A DNA stretch of 64,000 nt, taken from positions 736,001-800,000 of the forward strand of contig OZ245011.1 in the NCBI GenBank assembly GCA_965223665.1, written 5' to 3'. The translations under genes and the position numbers were made by a program. Every line of letters starts with the position of its first letter. Position 1 is the stretch's first letter. Positions 60,429 through 64,000 of this stretch are shown piece by piece. The notes under the pieces are model-generated. The model saw only the letters and a program-made list of their open reading frames with translations, was not told the origin of the DNA and searched no databases. Source of the DNA: Nitrospinaceae bacterium. Its GTDB lineage: Bacteria > Nitrospinota > Nitrospinia > Nitrospinales > Nitrospinaceae.

Positions 60429-61163
60429 TCAAGTCAAACGGAGAGTTTTTAATTTGGTAAGACTTTCCGATTTAAGAAGCTCATCGACACCTTTATCCCC
60501 TATAAAAGTATCAAACATTAGTAGGGTTTCAATATTGGTCAAAGTTTTGGTATTCGCTAAATAATGAGCCGCATCATATCTTAAAACATTCCTCGCCAGG
60601 TTAAGGTGCTTTACTTTTTTAAATACCTTGGACTTCGCTAATATTTTTATTCCTTTATCTGTCACCTTTGTTCGATAAATATTTAACTTACGCACATGAG
60701 CAAAGCCCGGGTGTTTTGCCATAGCAATTAACGTGGCATCTCCCGTAGGATTGTCTTGAAGAATTAAAATTTGTAGTTTCTTGAATTGCCCCTGAGCCAA
60801 TGCTAATCCACCGTCCTCTTCTATATTATTAAAACGAAGGTCTAAATTTACCAGTTGGGGTGCAAAGTTGGCATGTGAAAGTGCAATGGCCCCTTTATCC
60901 CCAATATTATTTTCTCCAAGATAAAGACGCTTCAATTTTGGAAATCGATTAGATTCGGTAAGAACAGGCAATCCCTTTTTAGTTAATTGATTTCGAGTTA
61001 GATCTAAGTTCTCTACCTCTTCCAAAGGTCTTTCCACTTGCATTAAAGCTTCCAGTCCTTCGTCTCCAATAAATTTGGCCTTCAATTCAAGAGATTCCCC
61101 ATCTTCAGATAAGCATTCATCAAAAAGACGATTAATATAATCTAATTTAGTTCTGGTGATCAT
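60429..61163 (-). CDS. leucine-rich repeat protein
   Basis: LxxLxLxxNxIGDxGxxxL repeats. Confidence 0.88.
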   Translation of the reverse strand: MITRTKLDYINRLFDECLSEDGESLELKAKFIGDEGLEALMQVERPLEEVENLDLTRNQLTKKGLPVLTESNRFPKLKRLYLGENNIGDKGAIALSHANFAPQLVNLDLRFNNIEEDGGLALAQGQFKKLQILILQDNPTGDATLIAMAKHPGFAHVRKLNIYRTKVTDKGIKILAKSKVFKKVKHLNLARNVLRYDAAHYLANTKTLTNIETLLMFDTFIGDKGVDELLKSESLTKLKTLRLT

Positions 61164-61191
61164 TTGCTAAGGTTATTAATATGATTTCCAA

Positions 61192-61965
61192 CTATTTCAA
61201 ATTTATGACACATCTAAACCCAATATCACTAAAACTTCTTGAAAATGGATAACTCCAATCTCTATATCCTGTCCGCATTGCAATAATACTGTCAGACCAA
61301 GCCCCTCCTCTCCGGACTTTCATGACTCCTCTTTTTGGACCCCGTGGATTATACATTACTTCCATTGAATAGTATTGCGGAGAATACCAATCTGCAACCC
61401 ATTCCCAAAGGTTTCCAGCCATATCATAAAGTCCATATTTATTTGGGGGGTAACTTCCAACTGGGAGCGGACCTTCTTTCAATTGAAAACCACCTCGAGC
61501 CAGTTTTTTTTCCGAATCAAATTCTTTTCCCCAGGGGAAATCGCAACCCGTATCTCCTCCCGCGGCTTTTTCCCATTGAGCTTCACTCGGTAAAGATTTT
61601 CCAATTAAATGGCAATAATCTGCCGCCTCATACCAGGTAATTTTGGAAACAGGACAATCGTCGCAATGTGAAAGTTTACTTCGTCTCAATTTATGATCGG
61701 GCATTATTTTTTCAAGTTCCTTATTGGTCACTTCATATTTATCAATCATGAAAGAATTTAGATAAACTTCATGTGCAGGGGCTCCATGTTGAGGTCCAAA
61801 TTTGTCGCACCCCCGCTTAAATTTTCCAGCAGGAATAAGAACCATATTTTTTGTAATGTCTAAATTTTTGGGTTGAATGGAGGAAGCTTGAGACCACGCT
61901 ATGGTGGACCCCATAATAAAAAAAGAAAAGACGAGCACCAGATGCTTGTCTTTAAATGGTATCAC
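61192..61965 (-). CDS. FGE-sulfatase domain protein, exported
   Basis: LPSEAQWEKAA, PNKYGLYDMAGNLWEW, RGGAW, IGFRC. Confidence 0.9.
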   Translation of the reverse strand: MIPFKDKHLVLVFSFFIMGSTIAWSQASSIQPKNLDITKNMVLIPAGKFKRGCDKFGPQHGAPAHEVYLNSFMIDKYEVTNKELEKIMPDHKLRRSKLSHCDDCPVSKITWYEAADYCHLIGKSLPSEAQWEKAAGGDTGCDFPWGKEFDSEKKLARGGFQLKEGPLPVGSYPPNKYGLYDMAGNLWEWVADWYSPQYYSMEVMYNPRGPKRGVMKVRRGGAWSDSIIAMRTGYRDWSYPFSRSFSDIGFRCVINLK

Positions 61966-61980
61966 CAGGAACCTTTCCTT

Positions 61981-62856
61981 TTACAAACTGCCTGAACCAT
62001 TAAGGGTTTTCATAATATTTAGGGTTGCTACCGATTTATTTAAAGTATAAAAGTGAATACCCGGAGCCCCCTGTTCAATTAGATCTCTACACTGTTGGGT
62101 CGCATGTCCAATTCCAATAGATTTTACCACTTCTGCATCATCCTTAGATTGATCAAGCTTATTCATTAAATATTTTGGTATTGAAGACCCACACATCTCC
62201 GTAAATCTTAATATTTGTTTAAAGTTTAAAATAGGCATTATACCAGCAATAACAGGTATATTTATTCCTCTAGCTTGAAGTTTCTCTACAAAATCGAAAT
62301 AATATTTATTATCAAAAAAAAGTTGCGTAACAATAAAATCTGCTCCTGCATCCACTTTCATTTTTAAATTATCTAAATCTTTTTCCTTGTTAGAGCACTC
62401 TACATGTCCCTCTGGATAACCGGCTACCCCAATGCAAAAATCAAAGGATTGTTTTATAAACTGGACCAATTCATTAGCAAATCCAAACCCATTTACTGGT
62501 TTTTCAAAATACTTTTCCCCTTTTGGGGGATCACCCCTGAGAGCTAAAATATTTTCGATACCTTTATCTTTAAGCGATTGCAAAATATCTTGAATCTCAT
62601 CCGCTGGACTTCCAACGCATGTCAAATGGGCCATACTTTCTAAACCAATTTCATGCTTAATTCGACCTACTAAATCAATGGTTTTGGTTCTTGTACTGCC
62701 TCCAGCTCCATAAGTAACAGAAATATAAGAAGGACTACATGGAGATAATTTTTCTATCGTTGAAAAAAGTTGTGAAAATCCCTTGTCATCTTTTGGAGGA
62801 AAAAACTCAAAAGAAAAGGACGGATTGGTTTTATCTAATATGTCTTTGATTTTCAT
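61981..62856 (-). CDS. metF: 5,10-methylenetetrahydrofolate reductase
   Basis: SFEFFPPK, SVTYGAGG, AHLTC, LALRGDPP, AGYPEGH, TQLFFD, HFYTLN. Confidence 0.97.
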   Translation of the reverse strand: MKIKDILDKTNPSFSFEFFPPKDDKGFSQLFSTIEKLSPCSPSYISVTYGAGGSTRTKTIDLVGRIKHEIGLESMAHLTCVGSPADEIQDILQSLKDKGIENILALRGDPPKGEKYFEKPVNGFGFANELVQFIKQSFDFCIGVAGYPEGHVECSNKEKDLDNLKMKVDAGADFIVTQLFFDNKYYFDFVEKLQARGINIPVIAGIMPILNFKQILRFTEMCGSSIPKYLMNKLDQSKDDAEVVKSIGIGHATQQCRDLIEQGAPGIHFYTLNKSVATLNIMKTLNGSGSL

Positions 62857-62932
62857 GGAGTTTTCAGTATATCACAAACATTTTTGAAATACATGTGACA
62901 CACTAATAATGCCATGAAATTATTTTCTTAAC

Positions 62933-63427
62933 TCAATAGATCTCGAATCTTTTTAAATAGCTCAGAAAAGCCTTTAAATCCACTAATTCAACAGGATCCT
63001 CATCAATGGCCTTAGCAGCATCAGAGGCAAAATACCCGGTTGTAATGATTATTCCTCTAGCGGCCCCCTCTCCTTTTACGGACTCTAAAAACCCTTTTAC
63101 CTTCATAGAGTCTACATAATTATTTGGTGGGTTAAAAATACATAACGCTAAATACTTACCACCCACTACAGGGGTTTCATCTTCCATATCTATCTCTAAT
63201 TCGTACTCATTTGCCCATATAGAATGTCGATATTCAAGATTAAATTTACTTAAAAACTCCAAACACTTTTCTTTAAATTCTTCGCTATCTAAAAGGTAGG
63301 ATGGTTTATCTTCAGGATTATCAAAATGAACTAGCTCGGGTGGGGCGGGTGGAGAGGTGGTCTTTAGAAAAAAGATCAAAACAAGACCAAAAATAAAAGC
63401 AATAAATGTTATGTAAAATATAGACAC
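62933..63427 (-). CDS. membrane-anchored Mrr_cat-like restriction endonuclease-fold protein
   Basis: N-terminal TM; GAARGIIITTGYF..DA...VELVD typical of the Mrr C-terminus. Confidence 0.7.
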   Translation of the reverse strand: MSIFYITFIAFIFGLVLIFFLKTTSPPAPPELVHFDNPEDKPSYLLDSEEFKEKCLEFLSKFNLEYRHSIWANEYELEIDMEDETPVVGGKYLALCIFNPPNNYVDSMKVKGFLESVKGEGAARGIIITTGYFASDAAKAIDEDPVELVDLKAFLSYLKRFEIY

Positions 63428-63610
63428 TTATTTTATCATTTCATCGTATATTTTTTCTTTCTTATTTTCTTTAATCAAGCGGTCATGTTTAATCATTTGT
63501 TTAATAGCAATCCAAAACCAAAAGGCAACAACAAATAACATACCGCCAATAGGCATATTATCCGGTTTTAAAGCAATTAACAAAAAATTCTCTAAACCTG
63601 AATTTTCCAT
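63428..63610 (-). CDS. small membrane protein (KPDNxPI motif)
   Basis: 60 aa, KPDNMPIGGMLF plus TM helix; follows cytochrome c gene. Confidence 0.7.
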   Translation of the reverse strand: MENSGLENFLLIALKPDNMPIGGMLFVVAFWFWIAIKQMIKHDRLIKENKKEKIYDEMIK

Positions 63611-63654
63611 GATTTATTTTCCAATTAGTTTAAAATCTTATTATCTAACCTAAG

Positions 63655-64000
63655 TTATTCTTCTTCCTCATCATCTTCTTCTTCGTCTTCAGCTTCTTCA
63701 TCATCAGAGGCTTCTTCTTCCATTTCCTCCTCACCATCACCTTCTGAAGATTCTTCTGCCTCTTCTTCCTCACCAAGGACAAGATCCGTATTAACCTCAG
63801 TGGAATTATATGTTGCTAAATAATCAGTGATAAACTTAACATGAGTATCAACATTCCCGGAATCTACCGATTCCAATTCTGAAAATTTAGTTGCTATTGT
63901 ATAATTTTCACCCTCTTTTGGCCAATGATTAGGCATCAGTGTCCATGGAATCATTTTTCGAGTATCTTTGAGCCATTTCGGGATCCAGTCTTCCCGTAAA
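63655..64000 (-). CDS. C-terminal part of a cytochrome c-type subunit (truncated by window edge)
   Basis: frame open to the edge: LREDWIPKWLKDTRKMIPWTLMPNHW resembles the W..WL.DP...P.T.MP axial-Met segment of c-type domains; acidic tail. Confidence 0.6.
   Translation of the reverse strand, partial: LREDWIPKWLKDTRKMIPWTLMPNHWPKEGENYTIATKFSELESVDSGNVDTHVKFITDYLATYNSTEVNTDLVLGEEEEAEESSEGDGEEEMEEEASDDEEAEDEEEDDEEEE

Noticed and set aside
1327..61640. Numerous 60-125 aa ORFs overlapping real genes (e.g. 5690-6064, 31759-32079, 42969-43304, 61335-61640)
   Set aside because: Antisense or alternate-frame shadows of well-supported genes, with no motifs
62933..63427. Mrr gene as evidence of a defence island
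   Set aside because: Single degenerate gene among housekeeping and respiratory genes; no methylase or other defence genes

Overview
AT-rich bacterial chromosome segment, gene-dense and mostly housekeeping: hemA/hemC/ccsA, nrdR-glyA-rpiB, tatC, aconitase, gpsA, tsaD, ctpA-envC-ftsXE, rne, pgk, metF and one tRNA-Met. Three FGE-sulfatase-domain genes, two LRR proteins, a pentapeptide-repeat protein, tandem DUF507 genes and the end of a cytochrome c/bc-type operon suggest a Nitrospinota-like nitrite oxidiser; this is inference from gene content. An accessory stretch (about 17-29 kb) holds a radical SAM-TPR gene, an orphan di-heme MauG-like enzyme, two decayed genes and a GC-richer aldo/keto reductase. 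It also holds a block between tRNA-Met and a degenerate copy of its 3' end, encoding a hybrid sensor kinase facing a porin + small periplasmic-binding-like protein + secreted protein. Best candidates for uncharacterised systems: (i) that porin/periplasmic-protein/kinase module, (ii) the orphan His/Tyr-type di-heme enzyme with a terminator-like leader, (iii) a FIST-kinase pair sharing an 11-bp-periodic operator region with the heme operon. Also seen: a Fur box over the bfd-larC promoter, two structured intergenic RNA candidates, and a 1-nt frameshift splitting a large glycosyltransferase. No CRISPR array, rRNA, transposase or integrase was recognised. All family assignments come from motif recognition by eye, not database searches.
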